Counted from the first letter of the stretch, positions 43,458 through 55,591 are shown. The stretch is DNA of 64,000 bases from Rhodothermales bacterium (GCA_965220365.1 OZ244823.1:81650-145649), one strand, 5' to 3'. Notes: generated by a model from the letters alone, not told the origin. A program made the numbers and translations.

Positions 43458-44654
43458 TTACCTGTTCGCCGTGGCGATCGAATTGAACCAGGCCCGTGCA
43501 CTCGCAATTGCGATAAGTGCACAGCCTGCGTGTCCACTTTGAGGGCTCGGATCGATCAGCGTAGCAGCATCTCCTAATCTCTGCGCTGCAATCTGAGAAT
43601 TTTCAATGGGAACCAGTTCGTCAGCAGCACAATGATAGAGCCGGGTTGGGGAATCTGGACTCCAGTTCGTTAGGTCGTTTTCACGCAAGCGCTGCAAAAA
43701 TGGGTGATTGGGATCCTCTTTGACCGCTTGGACCACATCCTGTCGAACGACCTGGATGGGAATCGGTGGCATGACATTATTAATTTCATCGCCACTGTGC
43801 ATCCCATCAAACAGCGGTGGCAACGTAACATCATAGGGGCTTCTCAGGAAGTCTGATGGGCGCTCGAAAAAATCATATGCCTCGTTATAGCTCAACATGA
43901 TGTACGGGAGGTAATATGGCTGCGGATAAGGCTCTTCCCGTAAGATCATCTCTAGCATCGTCCCACTCAAATCATAGGGACCGGCCATGGGAGCAGATGC
44001 TACAATAGAAAATATATCACTGTAGTCCTCCTCCATAGCGCGCTGAGCTGCCATAACGGTATAGCCACCTGAGGAATATCCCGCCAGATACACTTCGTCG
44101 GAAACGTCCCACGACTGCGTCATAGACCACCGCTGGACCGCCAGCAAGTGGTCAATGACGGCCGAGGCCGACACATCAGCGATCAAATAAGGATGGAAAC
44201 CAGGCGAAGACCCAAGTCCAACGAGGTCAGGCATGACCGAGAGATACCCGTCCGAGGAAAAGAGCAGCCCAACCAGAACTCCTTCTGTCCCACCCGTCGA
44301 AGGGACATCAAAGCGCCGGACACTCGTTCCATGCTGAAACGAAACCGTTGCAAGCGATCCCAAAGTAGGCTGTGGCACAACAACTGCACCGGATGCCATG
44401 ATGAGCTTCCCCTTTACATCTACCGTCATATACTCCATCACGTAGACCGCAGCACCATAACGCGCCGAAAGCGGAATATTGTACCCTGCTGCCAACTCAT
44501 TCATCTCCTGCACGGTGTAAGTCCGCTGGAGCTCCACACTGATGACATCGCCCTGGACTGGTGGGGATACCACGTCGGGGCCCTGATCTGTAGAATCACA
44601 CCCGACAAGGCAGATAAGAATGAGCAGTGTGCAGTTGCAAACCCACCTATTCAC
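43458..44654 (-). CDS. Secreted lipase-like alpha/beta hydrolase, lipoprotein
   Basis: The GTG at 44654 gives MNRWVCNCTLLILICLVGC (lipobox). Nucleophile elbow YLAGYSSGG. The start overlaps the upstream gene's stop (GTGAATAG). Confidence 0.7.
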   Translation of the reverse strand: MNRWVCNCTLLILICLVGCDSTDQGPDVVSPPVQGDVISVELQRTYTVQEMNELAAGYNIPLSARYGAAVYVMEYMTVDVKGKLIMASGAVVVPQPTLGSLATVSFQHGTSVRRFDVPSTGGTEGVLVGLLFSSDGYLSVMPDLVGLGSSPGFHPYLIADVSASAVIDHLLAVQRWSMTQSWDVSDEVYLAGYSSGGYTVMAAQRAMEEDYSDIFSIVASAPMAGPYDLSGTMLEMILREEPYPQPYYLPYIMLSYNEAYDFFERPSDFLRSPYDVTLPPLFDGMHSGDEINNVMPPIPIQVVRQDVVQAVKEDPNHPFLQRLRENDLTNWSPDSPTRLYHCAADELVPIENSQIAAQRLGDAATLIDPSPQSGHAGCALIAIASARAWFNSIATANR

Positions 44655-45702
44655 GACCCGCGTTGAACCAGTGGCGGATAATTTCTTCGGCGGGCTTCCC
44701 CTGTGGAGTAAAGCCAAGCGAGGAAGCACGACGCTGTTCGCGGTCCCCATGCCATTTCCAAAGAATCGCACCACTGAACCAGGTCTCATTCCACAACTCA
44801 TCGAAAAACACGGTATATAATTGAGCTTGAAGGGCATTGTTCGGTGTGACCCGGCCGATTTCATCACGCGATGGCCAGCGCCACGGCTTCGCAGCCGCAT
44901 CATCCACATTCCGGTAGCCGATTTCCGTGAAGAGTACCGGGCGATTGAGGCGCTCAGAAAGATCAGATAACACCTCAACATGTGGCTCCCATCCCTCGGC
45001 CAGCATCTCGTCGGTTGGACCCGGCTGATCCGAAAGTTCGAAATACGCCTGAACACCGATGTAATCCAGTAGATCCCAGAACTCAATGTGTTCGTATTCC
45101 TCCCACCAGTTTGCCGCGTACGTCAACCTCCCCTGGTACACCGAGCGGATATTCTCAATGAGGCTTCGCCAGTACTCTGGACGTTCATGTGCACTCCGGG
45201 CAAGCTCGGTCCCAATCACAAGAATATCTGCTCCAACCTCTTCTGCCAGATGCGCATAGTGCATCAGAAACGTCGTATAATCTGCTTCCCAAGCCTTCCA
45301 TTGATCCTCCTCCGGGTAACCAATGTCATCTCTTGACTGCCCTTCTGCACTGTAACGGCCCAGCCACAGATGCGGCTTCAGAATGATTTTCATGCCCAGA
45401 CTATCCGCGCTTCGAGTCATTTCCCTTATGCCCAGGTCGCTTTCGCTGTACCACCGGGCATCGGGGTTCATTCGGATCTCGGGATGCTCAATGCTTCGCT
45501 GAAACCCGAACTGTACCAGAGTCACATGGGTAACGCCGAAGTCGCGCAATTCAGGCAGCATCGCAGGTGACGGCTCGTTCCTTGCATCAAGCGTGACCGA
45601 CTGAATCATGGAAGCCCCACCATCCTGCCGCACCTGAGGGTTACAGCTGACAGGTAGCAGCCAGATCAAAACCCAGAAGGCCGCACTGATTCTGGAGCGC
45701 AC
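44647..45702 (-). CDS. Secreted TIM-barrel glycoside hydrolase (GH113-like / family often annotated 1,4-beta-xylanase; tentative)
   Basis: 351 aa with signal MRSRISAAFWVLIWLLPVSC. Also ILKPHLW...VIGTEL...LFTEIGY, giving a two-Glu pattern typical of clan GH-A. Confidence 0.55.
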   Translation of the reverse strand: MRSRISAAFWVLIWLLPVSCNPQVRQDGGASMIQSVTLDARNEPSPAMLPELRDFGVTHVTLVQFGFQRSIEHPEIRMNPDARWYSESDLGIREMTRSADSLGMKIILKPHLWLGRYSAEGQSRDDIGYPEEDQWKAWEADYTTFLMHYAHLAEEVGADILVIGTELARSAHERPEYWRSLIENIRSVYQGRLTYAANWWEEYEHIEFWDLLDYIGVQAYFELSDQPGPTDEMLAEGWEPHVEVLSDLSERLNRPVLFTEIGYRNVDDAAAKPWRWPSRDEIGRVTPNNALQAQLYTVFFDELWNETWFSGAILWKWHGDREQRRASSLGFTPQGKPAEEIIRHWFNAGRE

Positions 45703-45766
45703 AAAACTCTTTGTAGTCAGATGGAATATCTTGATAGCTTATCACCAACTGTTTACGAATTTTCTC

Positions 45767-47062
45767 ATGTCAGATCGCAGGAAGTTTCTCTATCAGGTCA
45801 GCGCACCAGCGGCAGCTATTCTCTCACACAGTGTACTGATCCCCGAACGCATTCCAACTGTACTTGAACAGATTACGGGAGTTACGCATGACGTAACCGA
45901 TGATGAGGTGTTTTGGTTCACCGTACAAGAAGCTTTTACGGTTGATCGCAGCCTGGTCAATCTGAACAGCGGCGGGGTAAGCCCGTCGCCAAGGATTGTC
46001 CAGGAAGCAATGAAAGGGCATTTAGACTATTCCAACGAAGCACCCGTGTATACGATGTGGCGAATTCTTCAACCACAACGTGAAGGAGTTCGGCAGCGTC
46101 TGGCACTGGAATTTGGGTGTGACTCCGAAGAGATTGCATTGACACGAAATGCAAGCGAAAGCCTCCAGATCTGTCAATTCGGGCTGGATCTTGAACCCGG
46201 AGATGAGGTGCTGACCACCACGCAGGACTACGGCCGCATGATTACGACCTTCAAGCAGAGGGAGCGCCGCGATGGAATTATCCTGAAGCAGTTCTCTCTA
46301 CCAATCCCATCTGAGGACCCCGAGGAAATTGTAAATCTCTTCGAAAGTCATATCAGTCCCCGCACACGTGCAATCCTGATGTGTCACATGATCAATATCA
46401 CGGGACAAATCCTGCCTGTGAAGCCAGTTACCCAGATGGCACGACGCAAAGGAATCCCCGTAATCGTAGATGGTGCACATGCATTTGGACACTTTGACTT
46501 CAAGCATGACGATCTCGATTGCGATTACTACGCCTCAAGTCTGCACAAATGGCTTCTGGCACCGCATGGTACAGGGCTGTTGTATGTGCGAAAGGACAAG
46601 ATCAAGACCCTCTGGCCACTCATGGCAGCCTCTGAGGGAATGGATGAAGATATCCGCAAATATGAAGAAATTGGCACGCACCCGGCTGCCAATTATCTCG
46701 CCATTGCCGAAGCATTAACCTTTCATCAGGGGATCGGAGCCAAACGCAAAGAAAAGCGGCTACGCTATTTGCGAGACTATTGGGCAAAGCAGTTGGTGCA
46801 ATATGATCGGGTCCGGCTCCATACCAGTTTGAAAGCCGAATTCTCCTGTTGTATCGGAACCGTGCAGATTGAGGGCATTGACACAGAAGACCTAGGAGTG
46901 TATTTATGGAATGAACATCGCATCATTGCCACTCCGATTAAACATGAGGAGTTTGAGGGATTGCGTGTGACCGCAAATCTGTTCACGACGCTGGAAGAGC
47001 TGGATCGTTTCGTGGATGCGATGGAGCGGGTCATTCAAAAAGGATTGCCTTCAAAGGGTTAG
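45767..47062 (+). CDS. Class-V aminotransferase-fold PLP enzyme (cysteine desulfurase/isopenicillin-N-epimerase-like) with a Tat-like signal
   Basis: MSDRRKFLYQVSAPAAAIL. PLP-Lys context SSLHKWLLAPHGTG. The ORF track start of 45731 is less plausible. Confidence 0.75.
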   Translation: MSDRRKFLYQVSAPAAAILSHSVLIPERIPTVLEQITGVTHDVTDDEVFWFTVQEAFTVDRSLVNLNSGGVSPSPRIVQEAMKGHLDYSNEAPVYTMWRILQPQREGVRQRLALEFGCDSEEIALTRNASESLQICQFGLDLEPGDEVLTTTQDYGRMITTFKQRERRDGIILKQFSLPIPSEDPEEIVNLFESHISPRTRAILMCHMINITGQILPVKPVTQMARRKGIPVIVDGAHAFGHFDFKHDDLDCDYYASSLHKWLLAPHGTGLLYVRKDKIKTLWPLMAASEGMDEDIRKYEEIGTHPAANYLAIAEALTFHQGIGAKRKEKRLRYLRDYWAKQLVQYDRVRLHTSLKAEFSCCIGTVQIEGIDTEDLGVYLWNEHRIIATPIKHEEFEGLRVTANLFTTLEELDRFVDAMERVIQKGLPSKG

Positions 47063-47216
47063 AATCACTGTGCGCGATTCACTTGTGATCATGATGCATG
47101 TTGACGGCGCTGTTCTGATCAGAGGGAGTGAAGGAGAACGTGGCCGGGTTGCATCTCCTCACGATTAGAAACCGGGCTCGGCTGACTGAGGGGGCTGCAC
47201 CGGCAGGCTTCCTGGA

Positions 47217-50069
47217 TTACTGCCTACACTTTTCAGGAAGGATTTCCTTGAGCAGATCTCCGGTATAGGTCTCCTGACAGCTCATTTCCTCGGGAGTACC
47301 GGCAAAAAGAATATTGCCTCCCTCCTCGCCTCCTTCCGGGCCCATGTCCACGATGGAGTCTGCAACCTTGATCACATCTGGATTATGCTCAATGACGAGT
47401 ACCGTATTGCCTTTGTCAACCAACTTCTGCAACACATCCAATAGCAACCGAATATCCTCAAAATGTAGCCCTGTGGTTGGTTCATCAAACAGATAAAGCG
47501 TGTTTCCGCGTCCGATACGCGAAAGTTCTTTCGCCAGCTTCACTCGCTGCGCCTCCCCACCGGAAATTGTGGTGGACGGCTGCCCCAAACGTATATAGCC
47601 AAGACCGACTGAGAGAAGCGTGTCCAGTTTTCGTGCAATCTTTGGCACATTGGCAAAGAAGGAAGCCGCCTCGGTCACACGCATGTTCAGAACCTCGGAA
47701 ATCGTTTTGCCCTTGTAAAATATTTCCAGGGTATCCTGATTATAGCGTCTTCCCTGACAGGTCTCACACTCTACATACACATCGGAAAGAAAGCTCATCT
47801 CCAAGCGCTCCACTCCAGCACCCGAACAGCTCTCACACCTGCCGCCACTGACATTAAACGAAAACCGTCCCGGCTTATAGCCGCGTGCCTGTGCCAACGG
47901 TAAACTGGCAAATAATTCCCGGATTGCGGTAAACAAGGTGATATACGTAGCCGGATTGGATCTGGGCGTTCGCCCAATGGGCTTTTGATTAATGTTCACC
48001 ACCTTACTGATATGCTGCGCCCCCTTCAGGTTCTTGTAGGGCAGAGCTTTCTTCTCAACGCGCAGGCTGAAGAGTTCGTTTAATGCAGGAACCAGCGTTT
48101 GATTAATCAAAGAGCTTTTTCCAGAACCACTGACACCCGTCACACAAATAAATACTCCCACCGGAATCTTGAGGGTCACATTCTTTAGATTATTGCCCGT
48201 GGCTCCCGAGAGTACAACGACCTTCTTCTTATCAATCTTGCGGCGTTGCTTTGGAATCTCGATGCGGCGCTCTCCTGTGAGATAGGGAAGCGTGAGCCCC
48301 TTTACATCACTGCCTCTCTGCCACAATGCATTGGGAGGGCCTGAGCATACAACCTCTCCACCCTGCTCACCAGCACCAGGGCCTAAGTCAATGAGGTGAT
48401 CTGCCGCTTCGATCATGTCACGATCATGCTCAACGACCAGTACTGAATTACCCAGATCTCGCAAGCGCCGCAAGGATGCAATCAGGCGCCGATTATCTCT
48501 GGCATGCAATCCAATAGATGGTTCATCCAACACATACAGGACTCCCGTTAACTGGGTGCCAATCTGAGTAGCCAGGCGGATGCGCTGGCTTTCTCCACCG
48601 GATAAGGTAACCGCCGGCCGATCCAGGGTCAGATAACCGACCCCGACATCAATCATAAATGACAAACGCTCCCGAACTTCCTTGACAATTGGTGCTGCAA
48701 TTTGCGCCTGCCGCCTGCTAAAGCTAACCGTATCCAGGAACTCGCGCAGTCGAACAAGATCCATTTGTGCTAGATCAGAAATGGTCTTACCACTGATCCT
48801 GTACGAGAGCGCCTCCGTTGATAAACGACCTCCCTTACACGAGGTGCATATTTGGGTTGTCCTGAAAACCGCCAATTGAGTCTGCTCTTTTCGACTGGCC
48901 CAGCGGAATATCTGATCCATTTCAACAAAAAGCCCTCTGGCAAGCACAAATTGGCTTGCGCTACCCGCAATAATGCCATTGGAAGCCCCGTGGATCACTT
49001 GATCCCAGGCAGTTTGGCTGATGTCTTTTACCGGCGTCGTCAGCTCATACCCGTATTTCTTAAGAATCATCTCTGCTCCCGCGAAGAACGTAGAATGAAT
49101 CCAGGGATCCATGAACCGGATCGCTCCGTCTTCGAGACTCAGTGAACGATTCGGGACAAGCATTGACTCGTCCCAGGTTTCGCAGGATCCTAGACCATTG
49201 CACTTCGCACAGGCACTTGAGGGAACATTAAATGAAAAGGTTTTGGGAGCCGCCTCCTGGAAGGATTTACCGGTCTCGGGATCATACAGGTAACGACTGA
49301 AAATGCGATCCTTTTTCTCTTGTTCTGCGATAATCAAAACACCATCCCCTAATCCCAAGGCCGTTTTGACGGACGCTGCGATCCGGTCCTCCATCTCTTC
49401 CTCAATCAGTAGGCGATCCACAACCACCTCAATGGTATGCACTTTATACCGCGCAACCTGCATGCCTGGAGTGATCTCCCGAATCTTGCCGTCAATCCGG
49501 ACTTTCACATACCCCTGGCGGGATACTCTTTCAAAAAGCTCTCTGTAGTGGCCTTTACGATCCTTCACAACCGGTGCAAGGATTTCGATTTTTGCCCCAA
49601 CCGGATAGGCTTGGACAGCTTCTATAATTTCATCCGTGGATTGACGTACAAGCGGTTTACCGGACGTAGCTGAGAAAGATGTCGCCGCGCGTGCATACAA
49701 TAGGCGCAAAAAATCATACACTTCGGTAATGGTGCCGACCGTCGAGCGTGGATTACGGGAGACGGTCTTCTGGTCAATTGAAATCACCGGGGAGAGCCCC
49801 TCTATGTGATCTACATCGGGGCGCTCGGGCATTCCCACAAATTGCCTCGCATACGCGCTGAGGCTTTCCATATAACGCCGCTGCCCTTCTGAGTAGATCG
49901 TGTCAAACGCCAGGGAACTCTTTCCAGAACCCGAAAGGCCGGTTACTACGACGAGGGCATCGCGCGGGATATCCACATCAATACTTTGCAGGTTGTGCGC
50001 ACGCGCACCCCTGACCACGATATACTCTGTTCCGCCTTCGTGCTGTAGGCCATCCATAGGTAGGCCCAT
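47217..50069 (-). CDS. uvrA: Excinuclease ABC subunit A
   Basis: 950 aa with two ABC modules ([12 protein letters not shown]; [11 protein letters not shown]), Zn-finger cysteines and two LSGGE signatures. Confidence 0.95.
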   Translation of the reverse strand: MGLPMDGLQHEGGTEYIVVRGARAHNLQSIDVDIPRDALVVVTGLSGSGKSSLAFDTIYSEGQRRYMESLSAYARQFVGMPERPDVDHIEGLSPVISIDQKTVSRNPRSTVGTITEVYDFLRLLYARAATSFSATSGKPLVRQSTDEIIEAVQAYPVGAKIEILAPVVKDRKGHYRELFERVSRQGYVKVRIDGKIREITPGMQVARYKVHTIEVVVDRLLIEEEMEDRIAASVKTALGLGDGVLIIAEQEKKDRIFSRYLYDPETGKSFQEAAPKTFSFNVPSSACAKCNGLGSCETWDESMLVPNRSLSLEDGAIRFMDPWIHSTFFAGAEMILKKYGYELTTPVKDISQTAWDQVIHGASNGIIAGSASQFVLARGLFVEMDQIFRWASRKEQTQLAVFRTTQICTSCKGGRLSTEALSYRISGKTISDLAQMDLVRLREFLDTVSFSRRQAQIAAPIVKEVRERLSFMIDVGVGYLTLDRPAVTLSGGESQRIRLATQIGTQLTGVLYVLDEPSIGLHARDNRRLIASLRRLRDLGNSVLVVEHDRDMIEAADHLIDLGPGAGEQGGEVVCSGPPNALWQRGSDVKGLTLPYLTGERRIEIPKQRRKIDKKKVVVLSGATGNNLKNVTLKIPVGVFICVTGVSGSGKSSLINQTLVPALNELFSLRVEKKALPYKNLKGAQHISKVVNINQKPIGRTPRSNPATYITLFTAIRELFASLPLAQARGYKPGRFSFNVSGGRCESCSGAGVERLEMSFLSDVYVECETCQGRRYNQDTLEIFYKGKTISEVLNMRVTEAASFFANVPKIARKLDTLLSVGLGYIRLGQPSTTISGGEAQRVKLAKELSRIGRGNTLYLFDEPTTGLHFEDIRLLLDVLQKLVDKGNTVLVIEHNPDVIKVADSIVDMGPEGGEEGGNILFAGTPEEMSCQETYTGDLLKEILPEKCRQ

Positions 50070-50078
50070 CTTTCGAAT

Positions 50079-50381
50079 CTAGCCCAGGATCTCTGAGGTG
50101 GGATCCCTGAAGTAGACTTCGGAATTAAACATCTCCCCAATTGCAACCTCTGTAGGCTTTGGCTGCACCTCATGCTCAATAGATATACGTCGTTGCTCTT
50201 CTTGGAACTGTGGATCTTCCAGTTCTGGGTCAAACCCTTCAAAGTATGCCAGACGTGTATCCAAGTCCGACTTCATCCTGATTGCAACCTGACGGGAGCG
50301 TTTGGACAGGATTGCAACGGTTTCAAACAGGTTCCCTGTCTGATCTACCAGTTTATCTACATCAACAGTTTTGATCGCCAT
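50079..50381 (-). CDS. rpoZ: DNA-directed RNA polymerase subunit omega (long Bacteroidetes-type)
   Basis: [18 protein letters not shown]...[19 protein letters not shown] parallels flavobacterial RpoZ (TGNIYESITIMSKRANQI...PKPHAMAVQEWLDGKIYHR, from memory). Confidence 0.7.
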   Translation of the reverse strand: MAIKTVDVDKLVDQTGNLFETVAILSKRSRQVAIRMKSDLDTRLAYFEGFDPELEDPQFQEEQRRISIEHEVQPKPTEVAIGEMFNSEVYFRDPTSEILG

Positions 50382-50422
50382 AAAAGTGGTTCCATTCATT
50401 CTAACAGCCCAGTGATACCCCT

Positions 50423-50914
50423 ATGCAAAGACTTGGTTTCTTTTTTGGATTGATATTTTTACTTGCCGTGCTCGCAAGTTGTGAAACCGAACAACAGATA
50501 CCTGAACTCACAGAAGAGGATCTTGCAGAACTCGTTCCATACGTATCGCTGGGTCGCGGGGTACAGGCATCCCTGGACACGACCACCACGCGCATGATCT
50601 CAGAGCCAAGCACCTGGTGGGCCTACACGGATTCACTTCGACCACTTTTGCCCTTTACATCGGTAGACTTTGAGATGGAAACAGTCCTCCTGGCAGCTGT
50701 AGATGTGAATTCCGGGGGATATGACCTGCGCTTTGAGTCTGTTGAGAGCCTCCGGGATACTGTCGTGGCAACGTATCGCTTATTCTCTCCAGGGACAGAT
50801 TGTCGGCCTTCTTATGCTCCCGGTGTACCTTTCGAAGCCATCCGGATTCCACGAACACATACCGCGGTACGATTTGTACGGATAGACGAAGCGGTCGACT
50901 GTGCTCCATCATGA
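50423..50914 (+). CDS. Hypothetical lipoprotein
   Basis: The signal MQRLGFFFGLIFLLAVLASC has a lipobox. 163 aa, family not recognised. Confidence 0.55.
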   Translation: MQRLGFFFGLIFLLAVLASCETEQQIPELTEEDLAELVPYVSLGRGVQASLDTTTTRMISEPSTWWAYTDSLRPLLPFTSVDFEMETVLLAAVDVNSGGYDLRFESVESLRDTVVATYRLFSPGTDCRPSYAPGVPFEAIRIPRTHTAVRFVRIDEAVDCAPS

Positions 50915-50982
50915 GAAAAATGATGAAGCGACGGTAGTTTCAAGGGATTCGCCGCAGTCCCTCTCAGCGATTCATCACCATC

Positions 50983-51729
50983 TCAGGCCACTGCGACCGA
51001 TACATCTTTGTGGGCCAGAATTGGCTTTTCAACCCGCACATCGCTTTCTATGAGACCATCCCGCAAGCGGACAATGCGCCGTGCATGATGCGCAACTTCC
51101 TCTTCATGCGTTACAACCATGAGCGTATTCCCTCTCCGAAAGAGCGTTTCAAAGAGCAGCATGATTTCCCGGCCTGTCTTGGTGTCCAGGTTTCCGGTGG
51201 GCTCATCAGCCAATACCAATGCAGGGTTATTGACCAAAGCACGAGCAACCGCAACACGCTGACGCTGCCCGCCCGACAATTCGTTCGGCTTGTGGGTGAT
51301 CCGATCTGACAATCCAACCTGATCCAGTGCGCGCTCCGCCATCTGTTTGCGCTGGCCTCTTGTTTTCCCACTGTAGATGAGCGGAAGCTCTACATTCTGA
51401 AGGCAGTTCACGCGGGGCAGCAGATTGAAGGTCTGGAACACGAATCCAACTTCACGATTACGAATCTCGGCCAGTTCATCGTCCGCCATTTCACCTACGT
51501 TCTCTCCTCGAAGAAAATAGCTCCCTTCAGATGGTGTATCCAGGCAGCCAATCATGTTCATAAGTGTGGACTTGCCGGAACCGCTCGGCCCCATGACTGC
51601 CACATACTCATTCGGATGGACATCCATACTGACTCCGTCAAGGGCACGCACGACCTCTGTACCCATTGGGTAGATTTTCTTGACGTCACGCAGCCGAATC
51701 AGAGGCTGGCTGTTTGCTCCGTTGTTCAT
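50983..51729 (-). CDS. ABC transporter ATP-binding protein (MacB/LolD-type ATPase only)
   Basis: Walker [35 protein letters not shown]. The ATG at 51729 lies 1 nt after the upstream stop; the ORF track start of 51765 overlaps the upstream gene. Confidence 0.9.
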   Translation of the reverse strand: MNNGANSQPLIRLRDVKKIYPMGTEVVRALDGVSMDVHPNEYVAVMGPSGSGKSTLMNMIGCLDTPSEGSYFLRGENVGEMADDELAEIRNREVGFVFQTFNLLPRVNCLQNVELPLIYSGKTRGQRKQMAERALDQVGLSDRITHKPNELSGGQRQRVAVARALVNNPALVLADEPTGNLDTKTGREIMLLFETLFRRGNTLMVVTHEEEVAHHARRIVRLRDGLIESDVRVEKPILAHKDVSVAVA

Positions 51730-51730
51730 C

Positions 51731-53110
51731 CTAGAGTGACCGACCGACGCCGCCGCGCTCTTCAACTAGGTCTCCATCATCCAATTCACGGCTGACCGCA
51801 CTATAGGGACCATTCACGACCCGATTCCCCTCTTCCAAACCCGTTTTGATTTCAATGAACTGATCATCCGAAATTCCCGTCTCGACGATTGTGGCGGTTA
51901 CACTCATCGCTTCATCTACGACGAACACCATCCGCTGAAGATCTTCTTCCCCGCCGGCCACATCCGGCTTTACTTCTCCCTCATCACCAGTAGCCGTGGA
52001 GTCCAATTCTGCTGCTTCGCTTCTGCTTCGTGTCCGCTTGATGGCGTTGAAGTCCCGTACGGTTACAGCTTGAATCGGAATCGAAAGGACTTCTTGAACC
52101 GTATTTGTAAAGATATCAACGGTGCCACTCATGCCAGGACGGAAGCTGGGATAATCCTCCGTTGCCGGTGTTTCGCCAGCGAGTCCTGCGTCTGCCATGC
52201 CCATGGCTCTGGCCTCGGCATTATGGGGATCAAGGATCCGGACCTTGACGGGGAAATTTGTAACCTGCTCCTGGAACGTACTTCCCTGGAGTCGGGCTGA
52301 ATTTGCAATTTCTGTGACCACCCCTTTGAATACGCGATTGGGGTAAGCATCCACTTCAATCGAAGCTGTATCCCCAAGAGCAACATTGACTACATCGTTT
52401 TCACTGACTTCAACCTCTAACTCCATTTGGTCCAGACGAGCCACTTTCATCACCGTGGTCCCCGCCTGTAGCTCATTCCCGGTCACGCGTTCTCCCAGTT
52501 CAATATCCAACTGGCTCACCGTACCGGACATTGGCGCATAGAGCGCCGTTTTTCTGAGCTGCTCCTGGGACTCTCTCAGGCGTGCCTGTGCACTTTCCAC
52601 GTTGAACCTTGCCGCATCCACGTTTGCCTGTGCAACCTTGTACTCGGTATCACTCTGCTCATATTGATCAAGGGGAATCACTTCCGCCTCATAAAGCTGG
52701 CGCTGGCGATCCAGCGTCTGTTCCTGCAGCATGAGGTTCGCTTCCTGTTGCGACAGATTTGCTTTAGCCTGCGAGAGCTGCGCCTCAGCCTGCTCTACCT
52801 GAGCTTCATAAAAATCGGACTTGATCCGAGCCAGAAGTTCTCCTCTCTGAACCTGTTGCCCCTCCACCACAGGGAGCTGGACGATCTCGCCAGAGACATC
52901 TGGACTGATGATAATTTCCACTTCCGGCTGGACGCGACCGGAAGCCGTTACCGTCTGTGTCACGGTCCGCGTTTCCACGGTGACAATTTCTACCTGCGTT
53001 GCATTGGGGCCACTAAGGCGGCGCCCTACGAGGCCAAGGATTACGAGGAGGATTACGGCGATCCCGATAATGATCAGGATTGTACGTGTACGGTTTTTTT
53101 TCTTTGCCAT
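51731..53110 (-). CDS. Efflux periplasmic adaptor (HlyD/MacA-like membrane-fusion protein)
   Basis: 459 aa with an N-terminal TM anchor, a long coiled-coil hairpin ([16 protein letters not shown]...) and beta-barrel domains. Confidence 0.88.
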   Translation of the reverse strand: MAKKKNRTRTILIIIGIAVILLVILGLVGRRLSGPNATQVEIVTVETRTVTQTVTASGRVQPEVEIIISPDVSGEIVQLPVVEGQQVQRGELLARIKSDFYEAQVEQAEAQLSQAKANLSQQEANLMLQEQTLDRQRQLYEAEVIPLDQYEQSDTEYKVAQANVDAARFNVESAQARLRESQEQLRKTALYAPMSGTVSQLDIELGERVTGNELQAGTTVMKVARLDQMELEVEVSENDVVNVALGDTASIEVDAYPNRVFKGVVTEIANSARLQGSTFQEQVTNFPVKVRILDPHNAEARAMGMADAGLAGETPATEDYPSFRPGMSGTVDIFTNTVQEVLSIPIQAVTVRDFNAIKRTRSRSEAAELDSTATGDEGEVKPDVAGGEEDLQRMVFVVDEAMSVTATIVETGISDDQFIEIKTGLEEGNRVVNGPYSAVSRELDDGDLVEERGGVGRSL

Positions 53111-54463
53111 TTATTCAAATAATGGGCGACTCGGATTCAATTCACCAGTATAATAGCGGATCAGGCGTTTGCGCACGAAGATGGTATAGCGCGCAGCCAC
53201 CGCATCCTGAGAGGCCTGTACAAAATCGGATTGTGCCTGTGTGAGCTCAACCAAGGTTGCTGCCCCGACATTGTAGCGCTCGCGGGTCGCTTCCAATGCC
53301 TGCTCACGGAATACTAATTGCCTTTGAGTTACTTCAAGTTCTTTTTGTGCTGTCACGTAGTCTAAATACGCTTGGCGCACTTCAACCCCGATCTGCTGCT
53401 GAGTGGCTTCAACATTGATCTTGGCATTTTCATGGACGACTCGGGCCCGCTGAACCTGTGAGCGCGTCCGGAGACGATTAAAGATCGGGAAACTCAGGGA
53501 AAGTGAGACGGATTCTGATCGGTTGTTCTCCAACTGTTCTCCAAAATCAACACTTTCAATTCCACTGTTGAAGCTTGTACCGGTGTTGGCTGAGAGGCTC
53601 AGTTGCGGCATCATACTACTTCGGGCTACCCGCAACCCTTGCTCTGCTGCATCTACGGCAACTTCCTGTGAGCGTAAATCTCCACGTTGCAGTTGTGCAC
53701 GCTGATAGAGATCTCGCAGATCATACTCTTCTGGTACCAGTAGTTCATCCGACAAGTCTGGAACTACAAATTCGTAACTGCCCATGGGATCCAACCGCAA
53801 AACCTGAAGCAAATTTGCTTCAGATATCTGGGCCAACTGCTCAGTCTGCAATATCGCGAGCTCTGCAGATTCCACTGCTGCCTGTTGCTGATACAGGTCT
53901 GATACTGGACGTGTACCAACCCGTACGAATTCTTCGATCTGGGCCAGAAGCTGCTGTGCAGCAGCCAAATTTTCTTCCTGTACTGTGATCTGCTCGGAAG
54001 CCTGGATATATGCAAGGAATTGGCTGGCAACCTGAAAAACCACCAGTTGACGCTGACGCTCAAGGGCCAAGTCAGCAGAAGTTACATTTAATCGGCTCTC
54101 CCGAAGGTTTGCCTGACTCTGAAACCCATCAAACAGGGTCAGAGACGTAGATGCACCCACGTTGAAGCGGGTATTCCTCGTAGTGCGAAGCTCTCCCACA
54201 TTCGTGTCAAACGACAACCCCCAATTGCTCCCTCCACCTGTACCTACATTAAAACTCGGCAAAAACGCCGCCCATGCAGACTGCACGCCAATCTCACTCA
54301 GCCGCACCTGATTGGCACTCTGCCGCAGTTGCGTGTTCTGATCCAAGGCAATTTGCACTGCCTCTTCAAAAGTGATGGTTTGTTGAGCTTTCGGAACGGA
54401 AACGAGGATCAAGGCGGTCAGGAGACTCACACAAAAACTGCGTAACAGGACTCGGATAGTCAT
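53111..54463 (-). CDS. TolC-family outer-membrane efflux protein
   Basis: 450 aa with a signal peptide and duplicated TolC repeat structure. It is directly abutted to the adaptor gene. Confidence 0.88.
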   Translation of the reverse strand: MTIRVLLRSFCVSLLTALILVSVPKAQQTITFEEAVQIALDQNTQLRQSANQVRLSEIGVQSAWAAFLPSFNVGTGGGSNWGLSFDTNVGELRTTRNTRFNVGASTSLTLFDGFQSQANLRESRLNVTSADLALERQRQLVVFQVASQFLAYIQASEQITVQEENLAAAQQLLAQIEEFVRVGTRPVSDLYQQQAAVESAELAILQTEQLAQISEANLLQVLRLDPMGSYEFVVPDLSDELLVPEEYDLRDLYQRAQLQRGDLRSQEVAVDAAEQGLRVARSSMMPQLSLSANTGTSFNSGIESVDFGEQLENNRSESVSLSLSFPIFNRLRTRSQVQRARVVHENAKINVEATQQQIGVEVRQAYLDYVTAQKELEVTQRQLVFREQALEATRERYNVGAATLVELTQAQSDFVQASQDAVAARYTIFVRKRLIRYYTGELNPSRPLFE

Positions 54464-54644
54464 GAGTGCGCTTAATTGGATGGATTCAAGAACGACAACT
54501 TTGTTTAAGGATAGAGTTAGCGCCGTGTCAGCAGCCTGTATGTACGAAGGCTTATCACAGTTGTTACATTTTAGGGCCTACGCAACACCAAACCCCTCTT
54601 GTATATAACTCTACAGTGGAGGCTTCTAACCTATCGAACGACCC

Positions 54645-55484
54645 TTACCTTGCGTGAAATTTCAGGTTTTCCCGGCGATGTTTTTGGCGAAGTTTCCGGA
54701 TTGCTTTTTCTTTGATTTGGCGTACCCGCTCCCTCGTTAGATCAAATCGGTGGCCAATTTCTTCCAGTGTCAGTGGATGTTCACGTCCAACTCCAAAAAA
54801 GAGTCGGGTGATTTCTGCCTCACGGGGGCAAAGACTACTGAGTGCGACTTCAATATCAATCTTCAGGGATTCTCCCTGGAGAGATTCATCGGGAGGAGTA
54901 ACCTCGTCACTGGGTAGAATATCCAGAAGACTGTTTTCATCCTCATCGTTAAAGGGGGCATCCATCGATAGATGCCGACTCGTCCGCTGCATTGCATTGC
55001 GGACCTTTTCTATATCAATCTGTAGATCAGCCGACAGTTCTTCCAGATTCGGATCCCGTTCATGCTGTTGCGAAAGCCGGGCACTGCTCTTGCGAATTTT
55101 GCTGATCGTGCCAATCTGATTCAGGGGCAGACGTACGACCCGGCCCTGTTCTGCCAGAGCCTGAAGGATTGACTGGCGAATCCACCATACGGCATAGGAG
55201 ATGAACTTGAACCCGCGTGTTTCATCAAAGCGTTTGGCCGCTTTGATAAGGCCATAGTTCCCTTCATTGATCAAATCAGTGAGGTGCAGACCCTGTCCCT
55301 GAAATTTTTTCGCTACCGAAACAACGAAGCGGAGATTGGCACGGGTCAGCTTCAGGAGCGCTTCCTCGTCACCTTGTTTGATCCGCCGGGCTAACTCCGC
55401 CTCTTCCGCGGGAGTTACAAGGTCAATCTGACCAATTTCCTTCAGATATTGGTCCAGCATTCGCTGGCGACGTGGGACGTACAT
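54645..55484 (-). CDS. rpoD: Primary RNA polymerase sigma factor (short Bacteroidetes-type SigA/RpoD)
   Basis: 279 aa. Region 2 is [12 protein letters not shown]...[18 protein letters not shown]...[13 protein letters not shown]. Region 3 is [16 protein letters not shown]. Region 4 is [29 protein letters not shown]. Confidence 0.93.
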   Translation of the reverse strand: MYVPRRQRMLDQYLKEIGQIDLVTPAEEAELARRIKQGDEEALLKLTRANLRFVVSVAKKFQGQGLHLTDLINEGNYGLIKAAKRFDETRGFKFISYAVWWIRQSILQALAEQGRVVRLPLNQIGTISKIRKSSARLSQQHERDPNLEELSADLQIDIEKVRNAMQRTSRHLSMDAPFNDEDENSLLDILPSDEVTPPDESLQGESLKIDIEVALSSLCPREAEITRLFFGVGREHPLTLEEIGHRFDLTRERVRQIKEKAIRKLRQKHRRENLKFHAR

Positions 55485-55551
55485 GTGGGTGCGACTCCGG
55501 TAAGTTTGTCTCAGATTTTACAACTAGAACTGAATCAGGAAAAGGTTTACA

Positions 55552-55582
55552 CAAATAAGCCTAACAATGATCCAAGCCAAAA
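55552..55582 (-). promoter_or_regulatory. Candidate Bacteroidetes-type promoter for rpoD (TTTTG-N19-TTATTTG)
   Basis: On the minus strand it reads cTTTTGgcttggatcattgttaggcTTATTTGtg, about 68 nt upstream of the ATG. It only approximates the -33 TTTG / -7 TAnnTTTG consensus. The block is copied in both inter-paralogue spacers. Confidence 0.25.
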
Positions 55583-55591
55583 GATTTACAC

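Noticed and set aside
44655-45086. N-terminal 144 codons of the 542-aa ORF 43458-45086
   Set aside because: This part overlaps the upstream glycoside-hydrolase gene in another frame and has no signal-peptide logic. The GTG at 44654 yields a clean lipoprotein signal and a GTGAATAG start/stop overlap.
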